Shown: positions 1 through 11,917, counted from the first letter of the stretch. The stretch is 64,000 nucleotides of DNA from Oscillospiraceae bacterium (GCA_031262405.1 JAISHS010000033.1:10863-74862), one strand, 5' to 3'. Notes: generated from the letters alone by a model not told the origin. Numbers and translations: made by a program.

Positions 1-86
1 TGTATAATTTTTGCAAAAATATTAGTGTATAGTAAATGTTTATGCATTTCACAGGTAAACAACAGCGGCGGGGCTGAAAAAACTAA

Positions 87-114
87 AATAAGAGGGCACA
101 ATTGCCCTCTTATT
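87..114 (-). terminator. Rho-independent terminator downstream of spoVT
   Basis: 12-bp stem aataagagggca / tgccctcttatt with a 4-nt loop. A U-rich run follows on the minus strand. It lies about 10 nt past the spoVT stop. Confidence 0.55.
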
Positions 115-123
115 TTAAATAGT

Positions 124-663
124 TTACGCTTCCATTTGTTTTCCCAAGAAACTGGCGACGGTCGTGATGAGCTTGACCTGAACCTCGCCGGGGAATTCGC
201 CTTCTTCCTTTGCGGCGAAGAGCGCGCAGCCCATGAGGTCGCCCTCAGAGATAATCGGCGCCGCTACGCTTACCCAGAAGCCGTCCTTGCCGTCCGCGAG
301 GGGGATAACCGCGCCCGGCTCCGCGCGAAAAGTCTTGCGCGTTTCCATGATGGAATTGAGCTCCTCGCTTATGCGTCTGTCGCTCAGCTCCTTCTTCGGT
401 ACTCCCGCGCAGGCGATTACGCTGTCCCTGTCGCAGATTACGGCGATGGCGTCCGCGGACTTGTACAGCGACTCGCAAATCTTTCCGGCGAAGTCGCTGA
501 GCTCACTAACCGGCGAGTATTTCTTAAAAATGACCTCGCCGTCTTTTTCAGTATAAATCTCCAATGGGTCGCCGTCGCGAATGTGCAGGGTGCGGCGTAT
601 CTCTTTAGGTATAACGACGCGTCCAAGATCGTCTATGCGGCGTACTATTCCCGTTGCTTTCAT
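124..663 (-). CDS. spoVT: Stage V sporulation protein T (AbrB/SpoVT-type DNA-binding domain plus GAF-like domain)
   Basis: The N-terminus MKATGIVRRIDDLGRVVIPKEIRRTLHIRDGDPLEI is the canonical SpoVT/AbrB swapped-hairpin motif. The length of 179 aa is typical. Confidence 0.9.
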   Translation of the reverse strand: MKATGIVRRIDDLGRVVIPKEIRRTLHIRDGDPLEIYTEKDGEVIFKKYSPVSELSDFAGKICESLYKSADAIAVICDRDSVIACAGVPKKELSDRRISEELNSIMETRKTFRAEPGAVIPLADGKDGFWVSVAAPIISEGDLMGCALFAAKEEGEFPGEVQVKLITTVASFLGKQMEA

Positions 664-822
664 AGCTTACCTCCAGTCTGCTTTCGCAGATATTGTCACA
701 ATTGCTCACGGCACTATTGTTTGTAAGCCCGGCGGTCATTATTCCCCGACGTTTACAAATGAGGAAAAAATTTTAATGGAGGATTTGCTGCCGGAGGAAG
801 AAGGGAATTTTTAAGCTTTGTG

Positions 823-1671
823 TCACTGTGCAAATCTTAATTCTGCGAATTTGCACACCACATGGTAGCCGATTTTGCGATATATCCCGCAGGAGACGGG
901 GTTATCTGCGTCGGCGAATAAGAAACAAAACTTTTTGCCGCGGTTCAAGCCTAACTGCGAAGCTTGGGCAACAAGCGTTTGCGCATAGCCCTTGTTGCGA
1001 TACATCGGCGGCGTATACACACAGGTAACGCCTATGCCGTTTTCGGTAGCGCGGGCTAGCTTTGCCATGGCAACGGGCTTTCCGTCAACCTCCCATAAAA
1101 ATGTGAAGTCAGATATAGCAGCACCCCACCGCACCGTATTGCTAATGTGGTAATCGAGCGAACACTCAATTTCATTTAGTCTGCATTCTGTGCTAAAGGC
1201 GGTGCTCCAATACGGCAAAAAGTAAAAATCGGTAGTTTCGGCAGGGCGAAAAGTTCCGCCGGCAGCCTTTATAGGGTTAACTTCATCGCACTGCATTATG
1301 TACTGATCGTGCGCTGTCGCGTAGTCAAGCCCCATCGCCTCAGCAAAGGAGTGAGCGAGCTTAGTCTCCGCCAACACTCCGGGAACAGTAGTTTCGGACG
1401 AGCGCAAATAGTCAACCAGCGCGCAAATCGCGTCGCCGTTGACGGCATTGTCAACCGCAAACAGCACTATGTTGTGCGGGGGCGTCATAGCCGCGATCAA
1501 AGACGCAGCCGAATTCTCGTCATAGACAACCGAGAGGAACCAACCGGCGGCCTGCTCATCCGGTGTATGCGCGAACATCAGCAAAAGGTTATTCTGAACC
1601 TCTTGTGTCATCAGCGCGTCGAAGGCCGCTGCCTTGAACTCCGACGGCGAAGCGTATTTTTTAAGTCTCAT
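823..1671 (-). CDS. GNAT family N-acetyltransferase
   Basis: The C-terminal half has the acetyl-CoA motif YRNKGYAQTLV (R-x-x-G-x-A). 282 aa. Confidence 0.7.
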   Translation of the reverse strand: MRLKKYASPSEFKAAAFDALMTQEVQNNLLLMFAHTPDEQAAGWFLSVVYDENSAASLIAAMTPPHNIVLFAVDNAVNGDAICALVDYLRSSETTVPGVLAETKLAHSFAEAMGLDYATAHDQYIMQCDEVNPIKAAGGTFRPAETTDFYFLPYWSTAFSTECRLNEIECSLDYHISNTVRWGAAISDFTFLWEVDGKPVAMAKLARATENGIGVTCVYTPPMYRNKGYAQTLVAQASQLGLNRGKKFCFLFADADNPVSCGIYRKIGYHVVCKFAELRFAQ

Positions 1672-1962
1672 ATAGTATACCTCACTTTAATAATCGCAAA
1701 AAACACAGTTTTCTCTATATTATCACATTTTCCTAAGATAGCCGCTGTAATCGAGTGCTTTCACACATTAATCTTCTTCATCGCCAAATCATTTTACTCA
1801 TCATACCCCTAAACGAGTAAGAATTCAAGTGAAATGAAGGGAACTTACTGTTGCTTACATACCAAATATTGCATGACAAAACTAGAGCGTCGTGATATAC
1901 TAAGTACGGAGAAAGGTTAACCTTTTTCCTTTACGCCGGGTTTGAAAGGCAGAAATCAGCAT

Positions 1963-3507
1963 ATGCGATATATAACGAACGCCGTTCCGCCGGAGACTGA
2001 GCGGCTTAAATATGACGCGGTGATTGTCGGCTGCGGAATCGCGGGGCTCTACACGGCGCTGCATATAGACGAGAGCTTTTCCTGCTGCATACTCACCAAG
2101 GAGAATGTTGAGGTCTCGAACTCCTGGCTGGCGCAGGGCGGAATTGCCGCGGCGATTTCCGTGGACGACAAGCCGCTATATCACTTCGAGGACACTATGC
2201 TTGCCGGAGCGGGGCTGAACGATCCGGACGCCGTTCGGCTGCTCGTGAGCGAGGCGCCGCGCGAGATTCGCGCGCTGGTGGATATGCAGGTGCCCTTTGA
2301 TCTCAATCCCGACGGGGAGCTGGACATAACGCGCGAGGGCGGGCACCACCGCCGAAGAATTGTCCACGCGGGCGGCGACGCCACCGGGCGCGAGACGGTG
2401 AAGGCCTTGGCGGCGCTTGTTCTAAAGCGTCCGAACGTCGTCTTGAGGCCGCACAATTTCTTTGTCGACGTGCTTACGGACTCTGACGGCGCGGTAACGG
2501 GCTGCACCGTGCTGGATTCTGATGGGAAGCTTGTTATTATCGACTGCGCGAATATCGTGATTGCGACCGGTGGCATAGGTCAGCTCTACACCAGCAGCAC
2601 GAATCCCGCCGTCGCCACCGGAGACGGTCTTGCCGCCGCGGCGCGCGCCGGGGCGAAGCTGCGCGACATGGAGTTTATTCAGTTTCACCCGACGGGGCTA
2701 TGGACTGAAAAGCCCGAAGAACGGGCGTTTCTGATCTCGGAGTCCGTGCGCGGCGAGGGCGGCAGGCTCGTAAACGCCGCCGGTGAGCGTTTTATGGTCG
2801 GCAGACACGAGCTTGCCGAGCTTGCTCCGCGTGATATTGTAGCGCGGGAGATTTTCCGCGAGATGTTAAACACCGGCGCGAAAAGTGTATTCGTGGACAT
2901 AAGCTTCAAAAGCGCGGAATATTTGCGCAGCCGTTTTCCGACAATATTTACCGAGTGCCTGAGCCGGGGAATAGATATTTCAAAGGAGCCGATTCCGGTC
3001 TGCCCGGTGCAGCACTATCTCATAGGCGGAATTGAGACGGATCTCACCGCGCGCAGCACGGTTTTGGGGCTGTATGCCTGCGGCGAGGCGGCCTCCTCCG
3101 GGGTGCACGGCGCGAACAGGCTGGCTTCGAACTCTATGCTCGAGTGTCTGGTTTTCGGTCACGCCGCCGCGCGGGACATTAACCGACGGCTGGAAGCGCA
3201 AGCGCCGGTGAAGAGCTCTCTGCCGGATATGCAGCCGCGCCCAGAGGCGGAACTCGACTGCCGCGAGGCGAGGAGTCAGCTTCAGAAGAGCATGACGGAA
3301 AATTGCGGCGTGCTGAGAAGCTCCAAGGGGCTTACGAAGGCGATTTCTGATGTGCAAGCGCTCTTCGAGCGGCTGAGCTGCGTTTTTGTGCCGGATCGTG
3401 CCTATCTCGAGACGCTCAACCTCACGGAGCTGGCAAGGGTTATTCTCTGCGCGGCGCTCTCTCGTACCGAGGGCGTGGGCGCGCATTACAGGGAGGACGA
3501 ACAATGA
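1963..3507 (+). CDS. nadB: L-aspartate oxidase
   Basis: FAD dinucleotide fold YDAVIVGCGIAGLY, and a succinate dehydrogenase/fumarate reductase-like flavoprotein body (RGEGG, HYLIGGI). It overlaps nadC by 4 nt. The start could instead be TTG at 1942. Confidence 0.85.
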   Translation: MRYITNAVPPETERLKYDAVIVGCGIAGLYTALHIDESFSCCILTKENVEVSNSWLAQGGIAAAISVDDKPLYHFEDTMLAGAGLNDPDAVRLLVSEAPREIRALVDMQVPFDLNPDGELDITREGGHHRRRIVHAGGDATGRETVKALAALVLKRPNVVLRPHNFFVDVLTDSDGAVTGCTVLDSDGKLVIIDCANIVIATGGIGQLYTSSTNPAVATGDGLAAAARAGAKLRDMEFIQFHPTGLWTEKPEERAFLISESVRGEGGRLVNAAGERFMVGRHELAELAPRDIVAREIFREMLNTGAKSVFVDISFKSAEYLRSRFPTIFTECLSRGIDISKEPIPVCPVQHYLIGGIETDLTARSTVLGLYACGEAASSGVHGANRLASNSMLECLVFGHAAARDINRRLEAQAPVKSSLPDMQPRPEAELDCREARSQLQKSMTENCGVLRSSKGLTKAISDVQALFERLSCVFVPDRAYLETLNLTELARVILCAALSRTEGVGAHYREDEQ

Positions 3508-4343
3508 ACTATTTGGGGCTTGACGAGCTACTGCTCTCCTCGCTGCGCGAGGACCTTGGCGGAGGGGACATAACGACCGAGTGCTGCGTTGCCGAGGACG
3601 CCGTCTCCGGCGGGCGCTTTGTCGCGAAGGCTGACGGGGTAATCTGCGGCCTTGCCGTCGCGGCGCGGGTGTTTGCGCTGCTTGACAGGAAAATCGTGTT
3701 CACGCCGAGAACGCTCGACGGCGAGCGTGTATCGACGGGCGAGGTCATCGCCGAGATTGAAGGCCCGTCGCGCGGGATTTTAACGGGCGAGCGGCTGGCG
3801 CTCAATCTCTTGCAGCATTTAAGCGGCGTCGCGACGATGACGGCGCAGGCGGCGTCTCAGATTAGCGGCACCGGCGCGAAAATCGTTGACACGCGCAAGT
3901 GCACGCCGGGTCTGAGGGTTTTGGAAAAATACGCCGTGCGCGTGGGCGGGGGAAGTAATCACCGCTTTAATCTCTCTGACGGCGTGCTCATAAAGGACAA
4001 CCACATCGCCGCGGCAGGCTCGATTAGCTCTGCGGTTTCGGCGGCGAAGGCCACAGTACCGCACACTATGAAGATTGAGGTGGAGGTCTCCTCGCTCGAG
4101 GGCGTGAGGGAGGCTCTTGACGCGGGGGCGGATATTATCATGCTCGACAACATGGACTGCGCCGCGATGAGCGAAGCTGTGAGCCTGATTGACTCTCGCG
4201 CTCTTACCGAGGCCTCCGGGAATATGGGCGAGCGCGACCTGCGCGAGGTGGCGGAGACGGGAGTGGACTTTATTTCCATCGGCGCGCTGACGCATAGCGT
4301 GAAGGCGCTGGATATAAGCTTGCAGATAACAGATAAGAGATAA
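3504..4343 (+). CDS. nadC: Nicotinate-nucleotide (quinolinate) pyrophosphorylase
   Basis: Typical NadC length and motifs (ILTGERLALNLLQHLSGVAT, KDNHI, MLDNM). It is translationally coupled to nadB. The last 5 codons and the stop lie inside a heptamer array. Confidence 0.9.
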   Translation: MNYLGLDELLLSSLREDLGGGDITTECCVAEDAVSGGRFVAKADGVICGLAVAARVFALLDRKIVFTPRTLDGERVSTGEVIAEIEGPSRGILTGERLALNLLQHLSGVATMTAQAASQISGTGAKIVDTRKCTPGLRVLEKYAVRVGGGSNHRFNLSDGVLIKDNHIAAAGSISSAVSAAKATVPHTMKIEVEVSSLEGVREALDAGADIIMLDNMDCAAMSEAVSLIDSRALTEASGNMGERDLREVAETGVDFISIGALTHSVKALDISLQITDKR

Positions 4344-4358
4344 GAGATATTAGATAAT
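4324..4358 (+). repeat. Tandem heptamer array (5 units): agataac agataag agataag agatatt agataat
   Basis: Read directly. The nadC stop TAA (4341-4343) is in unit 3. Confidence 0.9.
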
Positions 4359-4374
4359 TTTCACAATTTGTTTG

Positions 4375-4402
4375 TTGCTTTTAATCCAATTTATGTTATA
4401 AT
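4375..4402 (+). promoter_or_regulatory. Sigma-A-like promoter upstream of hpf (TTGCTT-16-TATAAT, with TG upstream of the -10)
   Basis: Hexamers read directly. The -10 lies in the left arm of the 4394-4425 palindrome. Confidence 0.4.
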
Positions 4403-4425
4403 GTCAGTAGGCTGACATTATAACA
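4394..4425. repeat. Perfect 14-bp AT-rich palindrome (tgttataatgtcag tagg ctgacattataaca)
   Basis: Read directly. Confidence 0.85.
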
Positions 4426-4593
4426 GCAGATCGGCACGATTCGCTCTCCGGCTTCGCCGGAAACCGCGAACGATGCCAATTATACCAAATTGCTACGCAA
4501 TTATGGTATAATGGCTGTTAGTGAACCCCAAACAGGGCTGCGACGGGCTGATTTTTGTAGCGCGTCAGGCCCCTAAAGGAAGGAGTAAACAGT

Positions 4594-5127
4594 ATGAAAT
4601 TTACAATTACCGAAAAGAAACTGCGCGTGTCGGACGAGATCAAGCAGTATGCCGAGCGCAAGCTCGGAAAGATTGACAAATTCTTCAAGGGCGAGGCGGA
4701 GGCTTTCTTGACCTTCGGCGCCGAGCGCGGGCGTTACAGCGCCGAGGTGACGATCGAGAACAACGGCACCTATTACCGCGTGAGCGAGAGCACCCACGAT
4801 ATGCGCGCGACTATCGACTCGGCCGTCGCGGCGATTGAGCGGCAAATCCGCAAAAACAAGACCAGACTCGAGAAGCGTCTGCGCGAGGGAGTGTTTGATA
4901 AGGACGCCGGAGCGGCTGAGTTTGACGACACGCCGGAGGAGCGCGACTTTGAGATTATCCGCGCCAAAAAGTTCCCCATCAAGCCCATGACCATTGAGGA
5001 GGCCATTTTGCAGATGAATCTGCTGGAGCACGAATTCTTTGCCTTTAAGGATCAAGACAACGGCAATGCCTTCTCCGTCGTATACCGCAGAAAGAGCGGC
5101 GGCTACGGGCTGATCAGCGACGTTTAA
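4594..5127 (+). CDS. hpf: Ribosome hibernation promoting factor, long form (RaiA/HPF family)
   Basis: MKFTITEKKLRVSDEIKQYAERKL matches the HPF N-domain. The C-terminal dimerisation domain is KPMTIEEAILQMNLLEHEFFAFKD. The RBS is aaggaagga. Confidence 0.9.
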   Translation: MKFTITEKKLRVSDEIKQYAERKLGKIDKFFKGEAEAFLTFGAERGRYSAEVTIENNGTYYRVSESTHDMRATIDSAVAAIERQIRKNKTRLEKRLREGVFDKDAGAAEFDDTPEERDFEIIRAKKFPIKPMTIEEAILQMNLLEHEFFAFKDQDNGNAFSVVYRRKSGGYGLISDV

Positions 5128-5237
5128 AGCATATTTTTGTAAAGACCGATTTTTGAATAGTTTTACCTCATTTGGTTATCCTAAGGCTGATACCAATACG
5201 CGGGAGAGCGTTTTTCGCGTAAAAAAGGAGTGCTAAA

Positions 5238-5450
5238 ATGAGGTTAATTGACAGAATCGCCATGATTCTTATAATCATAGGCGGTATCTACTGGGGGCTT
5301 ATCGGCCTGTTTCAGTATGATTTGGTCGCCGGGCTCTTCGGGGGTCAGGACGCCACGATCAGCCGTATAATCTATACGCTTGTGGGTCTGTCCGCGCTGT
5401 GGTGCATATCACTGCTCTTCCGCGCCCGCGACTACGAAGAGGCAGAGTAA
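5238..5450 (+). CDS. DUF378 family small membrane protein
   Basis: 70 aa with two TM segments. IGGIYWGLIGLF...DLVAGLFGG is the DUF378 signature. Confidence 0.7.
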   Translation: MRLIDRIAMILIIIGGIYWGLIGLFQYDLVAGLFGGQDATISRIIYTLVGLSALWCISLLFRARDYEEAE

Positions 5451-5458
5451 AAGAGAAT

Positions 5459-5487
5459 GGCGGAAGAGGGATAATCCCTCTTCCGCC
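5459..5487. terminator. Bidirectional terminator hairpin between convergent genes
   Basis: 13-bp perfect stem ggcggaagaggga / tccctcttccgcc with loop taa. Confidence 0.6.
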
Positions 5488-5500
5488 AATTACATATCTG

Positions 5501-6235
5501 TTATCTGCCGCTTAAGCGGTTTGACATATATTCATGCGCGGCACTCTCCAGCTCGTCTTCCAATGGTGCAAGCTCGGCGTCCGGGTATTTTCGGCGCAGG
5601 GCGGTTTCCAATAGAAAGTCGGCGAACCTCGGGTTCTTCGGGAGCATCGGGCCGTGGTAATAGGAGCCGAACACGTTCTTATAGCGCGCGCCCTCGGTCT
5701 TGTCCTGCCCGTTGTTACCGAAGCCGGAGATGACGGTGGCAAGAGGAGCTAAATTCGCGCCCAGAAATGTCCTGCCGCTGTGGTTCTCGAAGCCGACAAG
5801 CTCCGCGCCGGAGCTGTCAGGCGTGCAGCGGGACATACAGTTTCCAATCATGCGCTGCTCCGAGCCGACGGTGTAGAGGTCGAGCGCGCCGATGAAATCG
5901 ATTTGCGAGCCGGTATAGGTCTCGTAATACTGCCCGAGCATCTGGTAGCCGCCGCAGATAGCCAAAACCACGCGCTCGTCTTCAATCGCGGAGATTAGCT
6001 CCCGAGCCGCGCCCCGGTTTAGGCTCTCCAAGAGTACCTCCTGCTCGAAATCCTGGCCGCCGCCCACGAAGAAGAGATCAAAGTCCGAAAAGTCGGGCGT
6101 GTCGCCGATTTTGAATTGCGAGACCTCACAACTGAGCCCGCGCCAAGCCAGACGGCGCGCAAGACAGGCGATATTGCCAGTGTCGCCGTAGAGATTGAGC
6201 ACGTCGGGATATAGGTGGCAAATTTTCAGCTTCAT
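5501..6235 (-). CDS. gatD: Lipid II isoglutaminyl synthase, glutaminase subunit (CobB/CobQ-like GATase)
   Basis: MKLKICHLYPDVLNLYGDTGN start and the catalytic motif AICGGYQMLG. It lies immediately downstream of murT. Confidence 0.85.
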   Translation of the reverse strand: MKLKICHLYPDVLNLYGDTGNIACLARRLAWRGLSCEVSQFKIGDTPDFSDFDLFFVGGGQDFEQEVLLESLNRGAARELISAIEDERVVLAICGGYQMLGQYYETYTGSQIDFIGALDLYTVGSEQRMIGNCMSRCTPDSSGAELVGFENHSGRTFLGANLAPLATVISGFGNNGQDKTEGARYKNVFGSYYHGPMLPKNPRFADFLLETALRRKYPDAELAPLEDELESAAHEYMSNRLSGR

Positions 6236-6245
6236 CCTTTTTCTC

Positions 6246-7616
6246 CTATTCCCAGAATGCGCCGCCGCCGAAGCGGGCGCTCATTTTTTCGCGCAAATCC
6301 ATCATCGCGGTGTAGGTCGGCATGATGACAACAGGCTTGTCCTGCTGCGCCATAGCGTCGATGAGCGCGTCGTAATCGTCGAAAATTTGAAGCTTCTCGG
6401 TCGGGAGCCCGGCGTATTTGAGCCGCAGAGCCATGTCCGCGCGCCGTTCACCGGCGACGAAGACCGCCGGGAGAAGGTCAATTTGCCGCGCCAAAAGCTC
6501 AAAATTCGCGTCCCAGATCCAAGAGATGTCCGTGCCGTCGGCGAAATTGTCGTTCAGGCAGCAGACGAAGAGGGTCTCGTCCGTGAGTCCGGAGAGGTAG
6601 TTGAGCGCCTGATTGCAGCCTGCGGGGTTCTTCACGAGCAGCATTCGGGCGGTGGTTTTTCCCAGCTCGAAGCGTTCCATGCGCCCGAAGCCGCAGTCAA
6701 AGCCCGCTACAGCGCATTTTGCCGCCTCGCGCGGAAAGCCGGCGGCCTCGCCGAGTGAGAGCGCGCCCACGGCGTTATAGATATTGTAGCCGCCGGGCAG
6801 GTTGATTATATATTCATCCTCCTCGCCGAAGAGCTGCGCCTTCACGGTGCTGGACGCCTCGCCCAGCTCCAAAATCTCGGTTACGGAGATTTGCGGTTCG
6901 GGGCGGCGGTAGCCGCACTCAGGGCAGCGAAAGCCGCCGAGGTGGCCGTAGGTGCGATAGTCATATTCATAGGCGTGCTTGCAGCGGATGCAAAACGGCG
7001 CGTCGGAGACCTCATCTATTTCGCCTTTGTAAATCGGAACGTCCACGCCGTAAAACAGGATTTCGTTCGAAACCTCGCAGCTTATGGATACGGAGAGCGA
7101 GTCGTCGGCGTTTAGGCAGACCTTGGCGTTCGGCGCGTTTTTGATGGCGGTCAGGACGCTACTTCGCGTGTGGGTGACCTCGCCGTAGCGGTCGAGCTGG
7201 TCGCGGAAGAGATTGGTCAGCAGTATAGCCTCCGGCTGAATGAAGCGGCAGACCTCGCGCGAGGCCGCCTCGTCCGCCTCGACGACGGCGAAGCTTAGGC
7301 GAGCTCTGCCCGTGAGGGTGCAGTTATCAATAAAGAGCGTCGTTATTCCGGTTATGAGATTTGCGCCCGAGCGGTTCGAGATGAAGCTCTGACCGGCTTG
7401 GGTGCACATTTCGCCGACGATTCTGGCGGTCGTGGTCTTGCCATTCGTGCCGGTGATTACGACGCTGCGCACCCCGCGCGAGACCCTTTGCAGGATGTCC
7501 GGGCAAATTTTCAGCGCGACGCGCCCGGGCAGGGTCGTGCCGCCCCGGCGCAGGAGGCGCAGAGCGGTCTTTGTCAGTTTGCAGGCGGCGATAGCCGCGA
7601 TTTGGCGAAGCGACAT
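6246..7616 (-). CDS. murT: Lipid II isoglutaminyl synthase, Mur-ligase-like subunit
   Basis: P-loop GTNGKTTT, a Cys4 ribbon CIRC...CPEC and a C-terminal DUF1727-like region. It is paired with gatD. Confidence 0.85.
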   Translation of the reverse strand: MSLRQIAAIAACKLTKTALRLLRRGGTTLPGRVALKICPDILQRVSRGVRSVVITGTNGKTTTARIVGEMCTQAGQSFISNRSGANLITGITTLFIDNCTLTGRARLSFAVVEADEAASREVCRFIQPEAILLTNLFRDQLDRYGEVTHTRSSVLTAIKNAPNAKVCLNADDSLSVSISCEVSNEILFYGVDVPIYKGEIDEVSDAPFCIRCKHAYEYDYRTYGHLGGFRCPECGYRRPEPQISVTEILELGEASSTVKAQLFGEEDEYIINLPGGYNIYNAVGALSLGEAAGFPREAAKCAVAGFDCGFGRMERFELGKTTARMLLVKNPAGCNQALNYLSGLTDETLFVCCLNDNFADGTDISWIWDANFELLARQIDLLPAVFVAGERRADMALRLKYAGLPTEKLQIFDDYDALIDAMAQQDKPVVIMPTYTAMMDLREKMSARFGGGAFWE

Positions 7617-7627
7617 GGATTTTTCCT

Positions 7628-9717
<2,090 letters not shown>

Positions 9718-9776
9718 AAGACGGAAGAGCACAATGACACAATGGTTTCTGCTTGTGATTGGTATTAGGTAAGCCC

Positions 9777-10472
9777 CTAAATACCGGCGGTGAGATAAGT
9801 TTCGGGTACGCGGCCGACGATTATCGTCTCGGCGATTAAGACCTCGCAGTCCACCTCGTCCGACTGCACCTTCCAAGGCAGGAGAATGTCAATCTCGACT
9901 CGCAGCTGGAGGATGATCTGGTGCTTGCTCTGGTTGATGCCCACGCTTGTCAGCTCGTTTTTGAAATCGGAATAGGAGCTGGTGAGCACAACCACCTTGA
10001 CGGGGATTTTCGGGCCGCGCCCCAGTGTGAGGGGCGAGCCGATGAGGGTGCCCAGGGGAATGCCCTCGCTCAAGGGAGCCGTCGCCGTGGCGTTAATAAC
10101 CTGCTTGAGAATCTTTGCCGAGAAGGCGTTTATGCGCGGCATATTCGCCGAGAGTGAGGTGACGGCGCCCTCGCTGTCCTTTTGCATGGTGACAAAGTAA
10201 TTATAGTCATAATCTCCGCTGCCTAAAATCTCCAGAACCGTCTCGTTGACCGTGGAGGTCACCAGATCCTTGGCGTCAGAAATCGCCATCGACCCTGCCA
10301 CCTCGTTCAGGAAATCCCGTGCCGGCAGGAAGATGAGCAGAAACGCGATAAGAATCAGCAGCAAGCCCAGCAGGACCTTGGTAATCCGACTGTTAGGCCT
10401 CCCCTGCCCCTGCGGATGATAGCGGGGGCGCATCGGTGAGTGAATAATGATAGGTTTTCTTAATAATGGCAT
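9777..10472 (-). CDS. yunB: Sporulation protein YunB
   Basis: N-terminal TM anchor, then a YunB-like body ending ...IAETIIVGRVPETYL. The start ATG at 10472 is preceded by GGAGG at 8 nt. Confidence 0.6.
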   Translation of the reverse strand: MPLLRKPIIIHSPMRPRYHPQGQGRPNSRITKVLLGLLLILIAFLLIFLPARDFLNEVAGSMAISDAKDLVTSTVNETVLEILGSGDYDYNYFVTMQKDSEGAVTSLSANMPRINAFSAKILKQVINATATAPLSEGIPLGTLIGSPLTLGRGPKIPVKVVVLTSSYSDFKNELTSVGINQSKHQIILQLRVEIDILLPWKVQSDEVDCEVLIAETIIVGRVPETYLTAGI

Positions 10473-10553
10473 AATTAAGACCTCCATATGGAGCGGTACT
10501 TACTATAACCATTTATATGCAAGGAAAAGCCCGAAAATATGAGGGGGCTAGTC

Positions 10554-11828
10554 CTATTTTGACAAAAGCTCTTCCACCGCTGTCATTACGCCGATTTTGC
10601 CTGCTTCATAGGTGAGGCCGCCCTGCATATAGCCCCAAAAAGGCTCTCGCATAGGCCCGTCGCAGCTCAGCTCGATTGATGAGCCTTGGATGAAGGCTCC
10701 GGCTGCCATGACGACCTCGTCCGAGTAGCCGGGCATAGCCCAAGGCTCGGGGGTCACGAAGGAATCCACCGGCGCGCCGCGCTGCAGCCCGGCACAGAAG
10801 CGCAGGAGCTTTTCTTTGGTTCCGAAGCGGACGGTCTGGATGATGTCGTTGCGCTCGGCGTCGGGCGCGGGTGATGTCTCCAGCCCCAGACTCTCGAGCA
10901 TAGCCGCGGCAAAGGCGGCGGTCTTGAGCGCCTGACAGACGGCGTGGGGAGCCATGAAAAAGCCCTGAAAAAAGCTCCTGTTTAGTCCCAGGCTCGCCCC
11001 GCACTCGCCGCCGATTCCCGGAACGGTCAGCCGCTCGGCGGCTCTTTCCACAAGCTGAGCTTTCCCCGCGACATAGCCGCCCGTCGGGGCGAGTCCGCCG
11101 CCGGGGTTTTTTATCAGCGATCCGGCGATGAGGTCTGCGCCGACCTGTGTCGGCTCTTCTAAGCCCGTGAATTCGCCGTAGCAGTTGTCTACGACTATTA
11201 CGGCGGCGGGATTAACCGAGCGCACGGCGGTGATTATTTCGCCGATATCGGGAACAGACAGGGCTCGGCGGGGGCTGTAGCCCCGCGAGCGTTGGATGAG
11301 CACGGCGCATACGTCGTTTGAGGCCGCTGCGCGTTTAATTTCGGGAAGATTCGGCTCGCCGACGAGGTCATGCTCCACTTCGCTGCTGCCGCCGAACTTT
11401 AGCGCCACCTCGCGGTAGCCGACGCCGTAAAACCGCAGGGAGCCGTGGCCGCCCGAGATAGTCTCGAGTAGGGTGTCATAGGGGGAGCCGGTGGCAGCGA
11501 GCAGGGTCTTCCCCGGCTGACAGGCGGCGAAAAGCGCCGAGGCTATGGCGTGGGTGCCGTTTACGAAGCCGAGGCGCACGAGGGCGCTTTCCGCTCCGAA
11601 AGCTCTCGCATAGACCCGCTCGAGGGTCGCGCGGCCAAGATCGTCGTAGCCATAGCCGGTACTGCCCGCAAAGCAGGCCTCCGACACGCGCTCCGCTCGA
11701 AAGGCCGCCAGAACCTTAGCCGTGTTAGCCTCGGACACGCGCTCAAAGCGCGCGAAGCTCTCGTGCAGCCGCGCCTCGGCGGCTCCAGCGAGGGCTATGA
11801 CCTTGGGTGAGAAGTAGTTTTCAAGCAT
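10554..11828 (-). CDS. Methionine gamma-lyase family / aluminium-resistance (YnbB-like) PLP enzyme
   Basis: 424 aa. The N-terminus MLENYFSPKVIALAGAAEARL and the overall pattern are typical of this family. Confidence 0.65.
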   Translation of the reverse strand: MLENYFSPKVIALAGAAEARLHESFARFERVSEANTAKVLAAFRAERVSEACFAGSTGYGYDDLGRATLERVYARAFGAESALVRLGFVNGTHAIASALFAACQPGKTLLAATGSPYDTLLETISGGHGSLRFYGVGYREVALKFGGSSEVEHDLVGEPNLPEIKRAAASNDVCAVLIQRSRGYSPRRALSVPDIGEIITAVRSVNPAAVIVVDNCYGEFTGLEEPTQVGADLIAGSLIKNPGGGLAPTGGYVAGKAQLVERAAERLTVPGIGGECGASLGLNRSFFQGFFMAPHAVCQALKTAAFAAAMLESLGLETSPAPDAERNDIIQTVRFGTKEKLLRFCAGLQRGAPVDSFVTPEPWAMPGYSDEVVMAAGAFIQGSSIELSCDGPMREPFWGYMQGGLTYEAGKIGVMTAVEELLSK

Positions 11829-11858
11829 GGGTCAAATCTTTCTTTAGTCGTTTTCATC

Positions 11859-11917
11859 GGGGGGATTCCGGGTCAAGCCCGGAATGACGGTGGAGTCGCA
11901 TGGAATGACGGTGGAGT
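11859..11917 (+). repeat. REP-like hairpin unit plus a 16-nt tandem duplication of its 3' flank
   Basis: ggggggattccgggtcaagcccggaatgacggtggagt, then cgcat, then ggaatgacggtggagt. Confidence 0.85.
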
